Shown here: one piece after another, positions 11,551-24,020 of the stretch
Layout of the letters: the number at the start of each line of letters is the position of its first letter
Numbering within the stretch: position 1 is the stretch's first letter
Assembly (NCBI RefSeq): GCF_006345805.1
Contig: NC_043000.1
Span: forward strand, 164,052,001 to 164,116,000
DNA: 64,000 nt
Direction of reading: 5' to 3'
From: Octopus sinensis
Taxonomy: Eukaryota
The notes under the pieces: generated by a model
Seen by the model: the letters and a program-made list of their open reading frames with translations, nothing else
Database searches by the model: none
What the model was told of the DNA's origin: nothing
Position numbers and translations under genes: made by a program

Positions 11551-12472
11551 AAAAGAAAATGAAGTATTGCAGATGGCTGTTTTTTTTTATAGATTTTTTT
11601 ATTTTTTTTGCAGAATGATTTTTTGTTTGTTTTCTTAACAAAAGAATATTTCTGTGATTTACTAAAATCGTTTACTCGTTCAAACTTTATTTTATTCGTT
11701 TTTCCTTTCATCCATTTCTTTCATATTTTTTTTCCTTTGTTTCTCAACATTTTATTTGCTTTCTTCTTCTTTCCTTAGATTTTTCTTTCGTTTCTTTAAT
11801 CTCTCCTTCTTCAGTTAATTTTTCACCTTTCATCCAGATTTTCTTTCACTCATTTATTGCATTCTTCTTTTATTAAATTTCACTTTTACTCATCCAATCC
11901 TTTCATCTCTTACCAAATATTTCCTTCCATCAAATCTTTCTTTCCTTCATCAATTACTCCCTTTTTCTCTATCGAATATTTTCTTCATTCCATTGATTTC
12001 CCAATTCAATCAGAATATTTTCAACTGCACACATGAAGCTTCTGTTTCAAATCTAAATCCTGCATCAGTCCCTCAGATACAGTGAAATATTTTAAAAATA
12101 TGTTTTTGACAAATTTTTCCACTTTGTAATGATAATATATCCAGTACTTTGGCTTAAAGCTGCTCTAACGACAATTCTGCTTTCGAAAAAATATCATCTA
12201 ATTTGAAACACTTTTAAAATATTTTAAAAGTTAAAGTCAGTATTTGTGTATCTGAGAAAATCCAGTACCAGGATGCAATCAGAAACAAAGTTTTAGTCCT
12301 AAAGATTCAAACAATGAACAGTAAACAGAGAATATGCGAATGCGAGCATCCAGGTAGAGGTACACACACACACACACACACAGAGTATTTCATTTATGAA
12401 ATTTGCATTCACATTTTCAATGTAAAAACAATCTGATTATATATCCGTATCTTCCTTTTAATAAAATTATGG

Positions 12473-12669
12473 TCACGTGTGCGTGCACAACAATAAGATG
12501 AGTGAACTGATCATTAAGACAAGAGAAAGTCGAGGCTGAGCAGCGTTTCCAGTCCACAGATCTTCGTTTAAAAAGAGAACTTGGTCAATGATGTGAACAA
12601 TACCATTTGTGGCTGCCAGGTCAGAATGCAAAACTTTTGCGACTTTTGGACCAAGTCGGACTGTTTGAG
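12473..12669 (-). CDS. Fasciclin-1-like protein, last coding exon (FAS1 H2 motif and GPI-type C-terminus)
   Basis: Acceptor tttctttttgcag, phase 1; (S)QTVRLGPKVAKVLHSDLAATNGIVHIIDQVLFLNEDLWTGNAAQPRLSLVLMISSLILLLCTHT*. Confidence 0.9.
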
Positions 12670-13009
12670 CTGCAAAAAGAAATGATAAACTCAGATTTAT
12701 ATATAAGTGGACAGGTAGATAAATACAAGTCGACTTAAAGCATTCATTTACATAGAATACAAAATACAGAGCACAGACAAAAAAATAGAAAGTCACCAAA
12801 GGAGTTATGTAATAGTCTTATCAGCTGTTTCGAGTAGCCATAGTGTATATTGGAATCATGTTCATACATAAAAAAAGACCCATGACGTCATAAGAGTTTG
12901 AAATAACGTAAGTTCCTATGGGCCGGTTAGACATAGCCAGGTTACTCTCACTTGATAAATCTGCCTAAATATGTTCTGCAACACAATGAATGAATGTATA
13001 TATGTATGC

Positions 13010-13290
13010 ATGTATTATGTATGTATGCATACATGTATGTATGTATGTATCTAGGTAGGTAGGTAGGTAGGTAGGTAGGTAGGTAGGTAGGTAGGTAGGT
13101 TGGTAGGTGGTAGGTACGTAAGTACGTAGGTAGGTAGGTAAGTATGTAGGTAGGTAGGTAGGTAGGTAGGTTGGTAGGTAGGTAGGTTGGTAGGTACGTA
13201 CGTACGTACGTAGATACATAGGTAGGTAGGTAGGTAGGTAGGTAGATAAATACATACACATAGTTACATGTGTGTGTGTGTGTGTGTGTG
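13010..13290. repeat. (TAGG)n / (TATG)n / (TG)n microsatellite complex
   Basis: Direct inspection. Confidence 0.95.
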
Positions 13291-13311
13291 TATAAGGTAG
13301 AGTTGATATGC

Positions 13312-14247
13312 ATAAGGAAAATAAGACAAGATAGAAAATGCTAAAATAATTTTATCAGGAAGTACATTTTAGTACCGATTTCCGTCTTTTAGACTTTTTC
13401 AACTAAGAGTAAAATAAGAAAAACATTAAGTGAAATGTTTTGTAGATATTTCCATAGTCTTTAAATGGGTAAATATTTCCATAATCTTCAGATAGTCTGT
13501 CTCTCTCTATTCTTTTGTGAATGCCTAGTAGGTGGGTAGTAGTAAATCTGAAGGAATAGCTTGGGTACAGAGGAGAAGAAGAAAACCTAGTATATGTATT
13601 AACTTGCTCAGAGTCTCGAGAACAATATATTGGTCAAACTAAAAACATTTTACGCCAGAGGATGACGGTACATAGATCCCTGATTAAAATAAGAGAATAC
13701 AGAAAAATAGCATTAAAGGAGCACATCGCTATTTGCGCCACTAATGAACAACCCAACTTTAGAGTTTTACCCCTCTATGAATTCAGGAATAATGCAACCT
13801 ATAATCAGCGCATTAGCAAAGAAGCATATTTTGTCGCAAAATATAAACCAATTTTGAATGCCGCCACCACCACAAATGAAACTACTACAAGAGTTTAGAG
13901 CAATTATAACCACTACTGCTACGACCACAACAGGTCACTCTTAGGTCATTTGACCATTAAAGAAGATTCTACGAACAATTTACTGTGTCACAGCACTCTT
14001 GTATTTTTTCTTTTCTTTCTCCTCCTACTTCTTTCCCTACTTCTACTTCTCTTCCTCCTCCATCTTTTCCTTCTCCTTCTCTTCCTCCTCTTTTTCTCTT
14101 TCTCCTTCTTTTTTCACTTCTTTTTCTCCAATCTAATTGTTTTTTTGTTTTACTCTTAGTTGAAAAGCCTAAAAGACGGAAACTGGTACTAAAATGTATT
14201 TCCAGATAAAATTATTTTCGCATTTTCTAACTTGTCTTATTTTCCTT
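13312..14247 (+). mobile_element. Truncated Penelope-like element: GIY-YIG endonuclease fragment flanked by inverted pLTR copies
   Basis: 13581-13898 reads ENLVYVLTCSESREQYIGQTKNILRQRMTVHRS...KEAYFVAKYKPILN. 13313-13418 and 14146-14247 form an about 105-bp inverted repeat, each copy with a degenerate hammerhead motif. Confidence 0.8.
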
Positions 14248-14322
<75 letters not shown>

Positions 14323-14333
14323 TATATATATAA

Positions 14334-14890
14334 CGGGAAGCTTTATGAAAATAAACAAAAGACGAAGGCAGGTGGAAAACAAACGAACAATTGTATTAGT
14401 ATGGCGCTCAGGAAATATAAATAAAACAAGTCTTTAACGTTTCGAGCCTACGCTCTTCAACAGAAAGATACACAGAGAGAAAAAAAACACAGAAAGAAGG
14501 AGAGAAAAAAAATGCGTGCAGTAGCTAACGAATCAACATGGCGATCTGATTTCGGCCAGAGGTCAAAGATCAAACATGAGACGCGAGAGCGAAATAAGGG
14601 GAGATAATAGGGTTGATAATAGGGTTGAGGGACCAGCTAATAGTGCGTAGGAGGGGTCTGGATGTGTGTATGTATAGGGTTGGTGTATGTATTAGTATGT
14701 ATAAGGGTGTGTGTGTGTGTGTGTGTGTGTATGAGAGAGTATTAGTGCGTAGGATTGGTCTGGACGTGCGCATGTATGGGGTTCGTGTATGTATTAGAAT
14801 GTATTAGTATGTATTAGTACGTATTAGTATGTATAAGTGTGTGTGTGTGTGTATGAGAGAGTATAAGTGCGTATGCGGGGTCTGGACGTG
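14334..14890 (-). mobile_element. 3' portion (pLTR) of a Penelope-like element
   Basis: Contains the hammerhead motif at 14431-14468; shares ttcctgagcg...taatac..ttgttc downstream of the ribozyme with the element at 16575-19075; its terminus aacgggaagctttatgaaaata recurs at 57911-57970. Confidence 0.65.
14431..14468 (-). ncRNA. Minimal type-I hammerhead ribozyme motif (core variant CUGUUGA)
   Basis: Minus strand TCTTT-CTGTTGA-A-GAGC-gtag-GCTC-GAA-ACGT-T-AAAGA: stem I TCTTT/AAAGA, stem II GAGC/GCTC, palindromic stem III ACGT, GUU cleavage triplet. Confidence 0.7.
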
Positions 14891-14896
14891 TGTATG

Positions 14897-14931
<35 letters not shown>

Positions 14932-15052
14932 CATATATATACATATATATACATATATATATACATACATGCATATATACATATACATACATACATATAT
15001 ACATATATATACATACATACATACACACATATATATATACATACATATATAC

Positions 15053-16490
15053 ACATCACTCACCTCTCATATCATCAAGGTATTTGAGAGGGTGCTGAGA
15101 TCGCGTATGACTCACTTCCTTGAGAGTCATAATATGCTGAACCCCAACCAGCATGGATTCCGTAATGGGAGAGATTGCCTGACGCAGCTACTGCATCATT
15201 TTGATGACATTTTGAGAGCCTTGGGAGAAGGTTCCAACACTGATGTCATCTACCTTGATTTCAGCAAGGCCTTTGACAGGGTTGATCATAAGATCCTTCT
15301 GAGAAAGCTGTCCAATATTGGTGTCACTGGAAAGCTGCTGCAGTGGATCAAGTGCTTCATGTCTAACAGAACCCAACATGTTGTAGTCGAAGGAGTCAAA
15401 TCCAGCCCAGCCAAAGTCAGCAGTGGTGTCCCACAAGGCACTGTGTTGGGCCCACTTCTCTTCATCATCTACATAAATGATATTACTGACACCATCAAAC
15501 ACAGTAACATCAGAACCTTCGCTGATGATTACAAGCTCCAGAAGGTCATCAATGGCGTGGATGACCGAATAAACCTTCAGTCAGACCTACTGGCTGTTGT
15601 CCAATGGGCGGAAAAGAATAACATGTTGCTAAATGAAGACAAATTCGAACTGATCCACTTTAGAAGGGAGGACGCTCTGAAACTCCCATACTCTCTTCCT
15701 TCTGGAGAAATTCTCATGGCATCCAACAACATCAGAGACCTGGGAGTAACAGTGGACAACAACATAAGCTGGGCTACACATATAAGCAGCAAAGTTGACA
15801 TGGCCCGCAGAATGTGTTCCTGGATTCTCAGAACCTTCCAGTCGAGAGATTCCTACGCTATTATCCTTCTCTTCTCCATTTTTGCCCGACCCCACCTTGA
15901 ATACTGCTGTCCACTGTGGTCTCCCTACACAAAACAAAATATTATGAGAATTGAAGCTCCCCAAAGGTCAATCACAAAAAAGATAGATGGCATGTCAGAC
16001 CTTGACTACTGGGGTAGACTAGAGAAGCTGAAATTGTATTCACTCCAACGACGCCGTGAACGCTACATTATCTGTATGATGTGGAAAATATTCCATCAGC
16101 ACTGTCCGAATGATGTTGGCATCACCTTCAAAATGCATCCAAGGCTTGGACCACGTGCCATCCGTCCACAACAAAAATCTAAATCGCATCACATAACGAC
16201 AATACGGCACAACTATTTCACCTCAATTGGACCCGCTCTCTTCAACATTACACCAGGACACGTCAAAAAAGAAACTGACCACACAAAATTCAAGAAGTCT
16301 TTGGACAAATTCCTTCAAACAGTACCGGACAAACCACCCACACCCGGATATGTCTCCGTAAACAATAACTCTCTGCTCGAATGGGCCTTGGTGCCCAAAT
16401 CCTGAACTGAAAGACTTCGCCAGGTGGTGCTATTAAGTTAGACATGGCCTGGGCCAATACTGGCCAAAACCTTTCTAAGTTATTCTAAGT
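15053..16490 (+). mobile_element. 5'-truncated CR1-clade LINE with uninterrupted reverse transcriptase ORF (about 450 aa, stop at 16405)
   Basis: Motifs [53 protein letters not shown]; 3' tail ctaagttattctaagtta; inserted in (TA)n. Confidence 0.95.
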
Positions 16491-17399
16491 TATACATATA
16501 TATATATATACATACATATATATATATATACATATATATATATACATACATACATATATACATATATACATATTTCGAGACCCAGTCTCAATACCTGGCC
16601 CGCCTGTTCAGGCATCGAGGATACCCACCTACCCTGGTCTTGAATGCCCTCGCCCGCGCCCGTCGCATCGACCGCACCACCGCCCTTTCTCCTTCTTCTC
16701 ACCCACCCCCAACCACACCCCCTTTCCCCTCCTTTTCCACCCCTCTACTCTACCCCTTCGTCGGAAGATACTACGTGCCTTCCGTCGCCTCCAACTCGAT
16801 CACACGACCCGCCCCATTTTCCCAAACCCACCCCTGTCCTCCTTCAAACGAGCCCGGAATCTACGCGACCTCCTGGTCCATAGCACCCTCTCTTCTTCTC
16901 CCTCAGCCCCACACGGATCAGTCCCGTGCTCCAGATCCCGCTGCAACACCTGCCCCTTCATCACCAACACCACTGCTGTCACCGGTTCCAACCAGCAAAC
17001 TGTACGTATCAGACATTCTTTTACGTGCACTTCGTCTGGCCTCATATACTGCATTAAATGCAACCTCTGCGGAATGCTGTATATAGGACAGACGGGACGC
17101 CGGTTGTCAGACCGATTCGCCGAACATCTAAGGGATGTTCGTCTACGGTCCTTTTCTCCCGTCGCACGTCACTTCCGCTCGGCCAGCCATTCCCCCGATG
17201 ACATCTCTGTGTTTGGTCTCGCCCCACACAACGGTCCTCCACAATCCAGGCTTCACTTGGAGCAACGTTTCATCTTCACTCTACAAACCAATACCCCACA
17301 CGGACTCAACACAGCCCCCTCCTCTTAGTGACTGCGCTCCACCTCTCTCTCTCCCCCCACTTTTTTTCCTTATACAGAAACACACACACACATACTCAC

Positions 17400-18800
17400 G
17401 TATCCACGAACATACCCTCCAACACACCTACTTCCAACACACCACACACATACAACCTACACGCACATATACGCACACATACTTCCACACCCATACACAC
17501 ACCCACACCCACCCACACCCACACACACATGCCCGTGCACACACACCAACAGACAATACTCATAGATACGCACACCTTTATAAACACCTAGCAGAGACAC
17601 ACACACACACATACACGCACGTCCCGTGCATGTACATTACGCCCACACAACTCCAGAGGAAACCCCACGCACACACGCATACATTCACACACACACACAC
17701 ACATACATACGTACACACACATTCATACATACATTCATTCTACAAACATACATACACACACACACAAACATACACATACACACACATACATACACACATA
17801 CATATATACACACACACATACACACATACATACATACACACAAACACACATACATACACACATACATACACACACACATATGCACATACACATATACATA
17901 CACACACACATACATACACACATACATACATGCATACATACACACACACATACACACATGCACACATACATACACACACACATACACGCATGCACACATA
18001 CATACATACATACACACACATATACATAAATACACACACACACACTTACACACATACACACATACATACATACATACACACATACACACACACATACATA
18101 CATACACACATACACACACACATACATACATACATACACACATACACACATACACACATACATACACACATACACACACACATGCATACATACATACACA
18201 CATACATACATACACACACACATACACACACACATACACACACATACATACATACATACAGACATACATACAGACATACACACATACACCCTCACACATA
18301 CATACATACATACATACACACACACATACATACACACACACACACACATACATACATACATGCATATGGGGTTGGCCGTATTGCAGGCGTGCGTCAGTGC
18401 GTGTGTGTGTGTGCCGTGGATTCACATACACCCACACCAAAAAAGTTTTTTTTTCCATCAATCTTTCAATTATAAAGTGTGTGCTTGCATACATATATAT
18501 ATACACACATATAAACATATAAACACACATATAAACCCCTACATTTGTACACACACGCACATATATACATACCTTCACTCCCACGCACGTACACACACAC
18601 ACATTTACATATTTACGATTGGACCCTAAACACCACTCCTTAATTCTTACTACTAGCCTGCTAGCCAGTTGTTCGCCATACACATACACACACACACACG
18701 TGTCATCATTGCACACATACACACACACGTGCACACGCTGACCTCCCCGCACGCACTACACCCACACACACTACACACACACATTCCCCCTCTCACTTTC
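17400..18800. repeat. Long degenerate (CA)n/(CATA)n low-complexity tract
   Basis: Direct inspection; source of the HT/YVC-rich spurious ORFs. Confidence 0.95.
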
Positions 18801-18934
18801 TTTACCATACAGTCTTTGATATAGCTCTCCTGTCTTTTAAAAAACATTATTCTTCTACCTTTACTACTTCCGTCTTTTAGTATGTGACCTCGTCTGTATC
18901 ACAAGCGATTTTTTCCCCTGTCTTTCCTTCTCCT

Positions 18935-18969
18935 GTTTCCGACGAAGAGCTGCGCTCGAAACGTCAAAC
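18935..18969 (+). ncRNA. Minimal type-I hammerhead ribozyme motif (core variant CCGACGA, GUC cleavage site)
   Basis: GTTT-CCGACGA-A-GAGC-tgc-GCTC-GAA-ACGT-C-AAAC: stem I GTTT/AAAC, stem II GAGC/GCTC, palindromic stem III ACGT; predicted cleavage after 18965. Confidence 0.75.
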
Positions 18970-19075
18970 CCTCCTTCTTCCCTTCTTTCCTGAGCGTCCA
19001 ATAATACTTTATTTGTTCTACGTCGTTGCATTATTGTTTTTTTTGTTTTTGTTTTCTTGTTTGGATTTACTAACT

Positions 19076-19191
<116 letters not shown>

Positions 19192-19209
19192 ATATATGTA
19201 TATATATTA

Positions 19210-19712
19210 TACAGTTCACTATAGAACATCTCGACAACACTGGATCCCTATCACTGCTCGACTTCCAACTGAAAATAAGGGAAGAGAGATTCATACCAAG
19301 TTCTACAGGAAAGCAGCCAAATTAGGATATGCCAGAAATGAATTTACATGCATCCAGAGCAAGTGCAGCAGGACAGAGGACGAGGTGACCCTAGAAGTAC
19401 TGAAAACCAACGGGACCCAATATCCATTGTAAGTTGACTTAAGTACCCAAGACAGCAGACACACTGAACACACAGAAAACCCAGGAACACATTCTTCCTT
19501 AACTACAGCCATCCGAAGAGCCATAAGAAGAGGATTAGACATACAACTAGCCCACTCTGGTCTCTCTCTCAGAATACCCCTAGCAAAGAAACAAGGGACA
19601 GCAATCAATGCACACTAGCAAACTGCCCCATCCATGACACAGATTTATATCAACAGGTAAATGTTGTGCATAGAATATAATGTAACAAATACAACAAGTT
19701 CTATGTGGGTAG
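19210..19712 (+). mobile_element. Degenerate, internally deleted Penelope-like RT/GIY-YIG fragment
   Basis: IEHLDNTGSLSLLDFQLKI, then (frameshift) GREIHTKFYRKAA; LKTNG; and VNVVHRI*CNKYNKFYVG at the GIY-YIG start. Confidence 0.65.
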
Positions 19713-19745
<33 letters not shown>

Positions 19746-20514
19746 ATGTATGTATGTATATATATGCATTTGTATTTGTGTATCATTTTTCCCTTTTTTT
19801 CTGTCGTTGTTTTCGTCTACATTCGCTGCTTTCTTCCAAAGAATCTAGCGCTCTTAGCTTAGTTTTTCCTTGGGACTGGCCAGATTGGAGAAATCTTAAG
19901 TATAACCAGCCAAAATTGCAAAGATAATCTGAAACTTGACTGAAGAAAGAAAACTTCGAATGACCCGCCCTTTTTGCATTTTTGACATTTTTTAGTAAAA
20001 AATGAATTCCTGTTTAACAAAATAACTTGACCTGATAGAAAATTTCTGGGGGCATTTCTGAGTCCAATACCATCATATTAGGAAGGACTAGTTGTAAAAA
20101 GTAAGAAAACAAATTTTTTTTTCAAAAAGGTTCCCTAATGTTATCAATAAAATAATAAAAGCAGCTGACCAGCCCTATTACTTATGGACAAAAATATAAT
20201 TGTGCTTATTCAGAGGGTAAACTGTAAAAAAACAGGAATTTGATGTGAAAGAAGAAAACTGACTCTAGTTTTGAAATCAGCATGCTATTCCTAGTTTAAA
20301 TCAAGTAAAAAAGCTAAATCGACAGAAATTATGTTCCCTAATGTTCCCCTAATGAGAGTCGGACAATTTCGGAAACTTTCACAATGCACTTAATTGTAAG
20401 ATTTTCTTTATATATTTATCATTGTTTTGATATTTATTCATTGTTAATGAAATATGCATAAGATTATGTAACAACATGTTATATAAACAAACTATCCTGT
20501 TTTGTTTTATATAT

Positions 20515-21555
20515 ATATAAAGTCAGCCAATGTCAGTAGTGGTGTCCTACAAAGTACTGTGTTGGGTCCACTCCTCTTCATTATTTACATCAATGACATA
20601 GTAAATGTCATCAAACTTTCTACATTGAAAATCTTTGCAGATAATTCCAATCTCCAGAAAGCCATAAACGGTATAGGAGACCAAACATGCCTTCAGTCGG
20701 ATCTGTTTGCTGTTGTCCAGTGGGCAGAAAAGAAGATAAGTTTAATTTGATCCACTTTTGAAAAGAGGATACTTTGAAACTACCATATGCCCTTCCCTTG
20801 GGTGACTCCCTAGTGTCATCCAACAACACCAGAGACCTTGGAGTAATTGTTGATAACAATCTAAGCTGGAGTTCCCACGTAAATAGCAAGGTTGACTTGG
20901 CCCACAAGATATGCTCCTGGATTCTGAAAGCTTACCGGTCTAGAGATGCCCACATCACTATCCTTCTTTACTTTACTTTTGCCTGACTCCACCTTGAATA
21001 TTGTTGCCCACTGTGGTCTCCCCACACAAAGCAACTGATTATGAAAGTGAAAGCACTCCAGTGGTCAATAACAAGAAAGATAGATGACACGACAGACATT
21101 GACTACTGGCTTCAACTAAAAAAACTCAATCTCTACTCTCTCCAATGCCGCCATGAGTGCTACATCATTCGTGTAAAGTGGAAAATATTCTATCAATATT
21201 GCACAAATGATGTTGGCATCAATTTTAAAATCCACCCATGACTCCCACCCCATACTATCTGCCCACAACAAAAATCAAACTCAAGACACATAACAATATT
21301 ACGAAACAACTACTTTACCTCAACCAGTCCACTTCTCTTTACTATTTTACCAAAATATGTCGAAAAAGATTCCAAAAGTTCTCTGGGCAAATTTCTCAAA
21401 AAATCCCGGACTAACCCCCTACTTCCGGATATGTCTCCAACAATAATAACTCTTTGCTAGAGGGGGCCCATATATCACTAAAAGACTTCACCAAGTGGTG
21501 CTATTAAGTTAGACATGATCTGGGCCTATACTGGCCGAAACTTATCTAAGCTGTA
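20515..21555 (+). pseudogene. Decayed copy of the same CR1-clade LINE family as 15053-16490
   Basis: [21 protein letters not shown]...FADNS; multiple stops and frameshifts; same 3' UTR ggtggtgctattaagttagacatg...tactggcc. Confidence 0.9.
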
Positions 21556-21869
21556 TATATATGTCACTAAAGTGACCAAGGGCACTAATTAGCACTATTA
21601 TTACTAGAAATAAGAGTCAAAACAACTCAAGAGCTACAGAAGCACTATCTTAATGATTGACAAGGGAGGTAAGCTCCCTAAGGTCACAGATATAGGTTGT
21701 AAAATTGCAAATTAGCCACCCATATAATTTATATATATACATATAGAGAGAGACAGACAGAGAGACAGACAGAGAGACAGACAGAGACAGACAGAGTGAA
21801 ACAGTGAAGAAAAAGAGAGAGAGAACAAAAGAAGGGAAAAAACAAAAGAAATAAATGATTCATACTTAC

Positions 21870-21987
21870 AGAGTTGACTTTTTTGGAAAACTACTGGAAC
21901 TCCAACGGAAGAGACAAAATTTTTGATACCATCAGCCAATGAATCCATGAAGATGCACTGGTCTTTGAATATCATTCGTTGGAAGAC
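21870..21987 (-). CDS. Fasciclin-1-like protein, exon (118 nt, phase 0 to 1)
   Basis: Acceptor ttatttcaaacag, donor T|GTAAGT; VFQRMIFKDQCIFMDSLADGIKNFVSSVGVPVVFQKSQL; phase-compatible with both neighbours. Confidence 0.8.
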
Positions 21988-22835
21988 CTGTTTGAAATAA
22001 TAATATAGTTGTTATTTATACAGGCATGGCTGTGGGGTTACTCAACAATGTGGTCGTGAGTTCAATCCCACTCTGTTCCACTTTGGGTAAGTGTTTGACT
22101 AAAGTCTTGTAGGTGGATTTGGTACATGTGTGTGTGTGTGTGTGTGTGCGCACATGTGCATGCCTGTGTTTGTCGTTGTGCCTCTGTTTCTCCCCCACCA
22201 TTTGAAAACCAATGGTGGTTTGTTTACATCCCCATAACCTAGTGGTTTAGCAAAAAGATATCAAATTGAATAAGTACTAAGCTTTAAAATAAGTATTGAG
22301 GTCAATTCATTTAACTAAACCCTTCAAGGGTACACTCCAGTATGGCCACTGTTGACTGTCAAAGCAAGTAAAAGATAAACTATACTTTATGATACACTTC
22401 ACACAATATCTTTTTAAACCAAAATTGCAAGTCACAAAAGCTATAAGAAAATGCTTAATTTCTTCAGTCACTCTCTCCTATATATTGGACTACTTTTCAG
22501 CATAAATTACAAAAGAAATATAAATTATAATTAAGCCACAGTTACTAATTCATTGGACTCCTCTAAAACATATGTATATCCAAGATCATGTTATTCTCAC
22601 TCAGTATTTGCTCCACACAGATTTAAGTAAATTGGTATTTTTTGGACTTAATGTAAGCAAAATATTTATCTATGCCAAAAATTAAGCATATTGAATGCTG
22701 AATTCTTTAAAAATTTACTCGATATGTGTTATTTATCTGTATTTTGGTATAAATAGAAAAAAAAAAAAATTTCAAGTTTTACTTTTTTATCGTTGAAGGG
22801 TTAAAATATATAAGACTTCTGTGAGTTATACATAC

Positions 22836-23058
22836 CCTTTTCAGTATAGCAGGTCTCTTCCAAATCTCTTTCCCAATATGATTTCGCATCATTATCTCAA
22901 TGGCAGTCCCATTGGGAATAAGCATAGTAAAATCACATTTCAGAAAACCACATTGTCTATAATCTGGTGGCAGATACCTACTGTTGGAGTTATCAGTTCT
23001 TTTGTTGTCAGTTAGTTCTTGTTGCAGGCCAGTTATTTGTAGTGCAGCAAATGGTTGC
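22836..23058 (-). CDS. Fasciclin-1-like protein, exon (223 nt, phase 2 to 0; FAS1 H1 motif)
   Basis: Acceptor ctttgtttcttgcctag, donor AGG|GTATGT; QPFAALQITGLQQEL...DFTMLIPNGTAIEIMMRNHIGKEIWKRPAILKR. Confidence 0.82.
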
Positions 23059-23339
23059 CTAGGCAAGAAACAAAGAATAAATAAGAACAACAACAACAAT
23101 AATAATAATGGTTTATAATTTTGGCACAAGGCCAACCTGTTTAGTGAGAAGGTAATTCGATTACACTGACATCAGTGCTCAACTGGTACTTATTTTATCA
23201 ACCCCCGAAAGGATGAAAGACAATGTCAACCTTGGCAGAATCGGAACTCAGAACATAAAAAATGGACAAAATGCTGCTAAGCATTTTGCCCTGTGTGCTG
23301 ACAATTCTGCCAGCTCACCACTTTATATTATTATAATAG

Positions 23340-23823
23340 AGCAAATATTCTGCTCAATACCACAGATTTGCCTGTCAGTGTTTTGTCCTTAACCAGTTGA
23401 GTATGTCCCTTAGAGGCTGACGATATGTGCATCTCTGATCACGAGCAGAAGTAGTGGGAGAGCATTATAGTCATGTGTTGAAAGAAATTCTATGGAGTTC
23501 AAATAATTCACCTTTGGAAACACAAGTGTTTTATTCAACCTCCTTAGACAACACTTATTCAGGGACCTTTTGAGTGGGATGGGCTACACAACCTGAAGAA
23601 AATTTTAACTGGGCCCCCACCTGCAAGGTCATGCACTGTTTATTTTGATATTAGATCACTATGTCATGCACATATGGTTGTGATGCATGAGCCTGGTGTA
23701 CCCTTATCAGATGGGAAGTCATGATGGGTATACTAGACTTCATATATTTTGCCCCAGTGTCATTTTAACAGCATGCTCTGCTCTCTCACTCAATAATAAT
23801 AATAGTAATAATAATAATAATAA

Positions 23824-23825
<2 letters not shown>
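23340..23825 (+). mobile_element. Second copy of the about 550-bp repeat at 9970-10562
   Basis: Colinear homology with 10088-10560. Confidence 0.75.
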
Positions 23826-23854
<29 letters not shown>

Positions 23855-24020
23855 AAGAAGAATGGTTTCAAATTTTGCCCCAAGGGCAGCAATTTTAGGG
23901 GTGGGGTGAGTCGATTACATCAGCCCCAGTGTTTAACTGGTACTTAGTTTATTAACCCTGAAAAATGATGAAAGGTAAATTTGACCTCAGCAGAATTTGA
24001 AATAATAATAATAATAATAT

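Larger units (their letters stand above)
16575..19075 (+). mobile_element. 5'-truncated Penelope-like element (Neptune-like): RT thumb, Cys-rich linker, GIY-YIG endonuclease, long CA-rich 3' region and pLTR with hammerhead
   Basis: FRHRGYPPTLVLNALARARRIDR; FKRARNLRDLLVHS; CSRSRCNTCPFI; LIYCIKCNLCGMLYIGQTGRRLSDRFAEH...EQRFIFTLQTNTPHGLN (stop 17328); frameshifted. Confidence 0.88.

Noticed and set aside
14867-15052. N-terminal extension of the 512-aa ORF
   Set aside because: (TA)n microsatellite read-through; LINE homology starts only at about 15053
17135-18752. 200-446 aa HT/YVC-rich ORFs
   Set aside because: Translations of (CA)n/(CATA)n microsatellite
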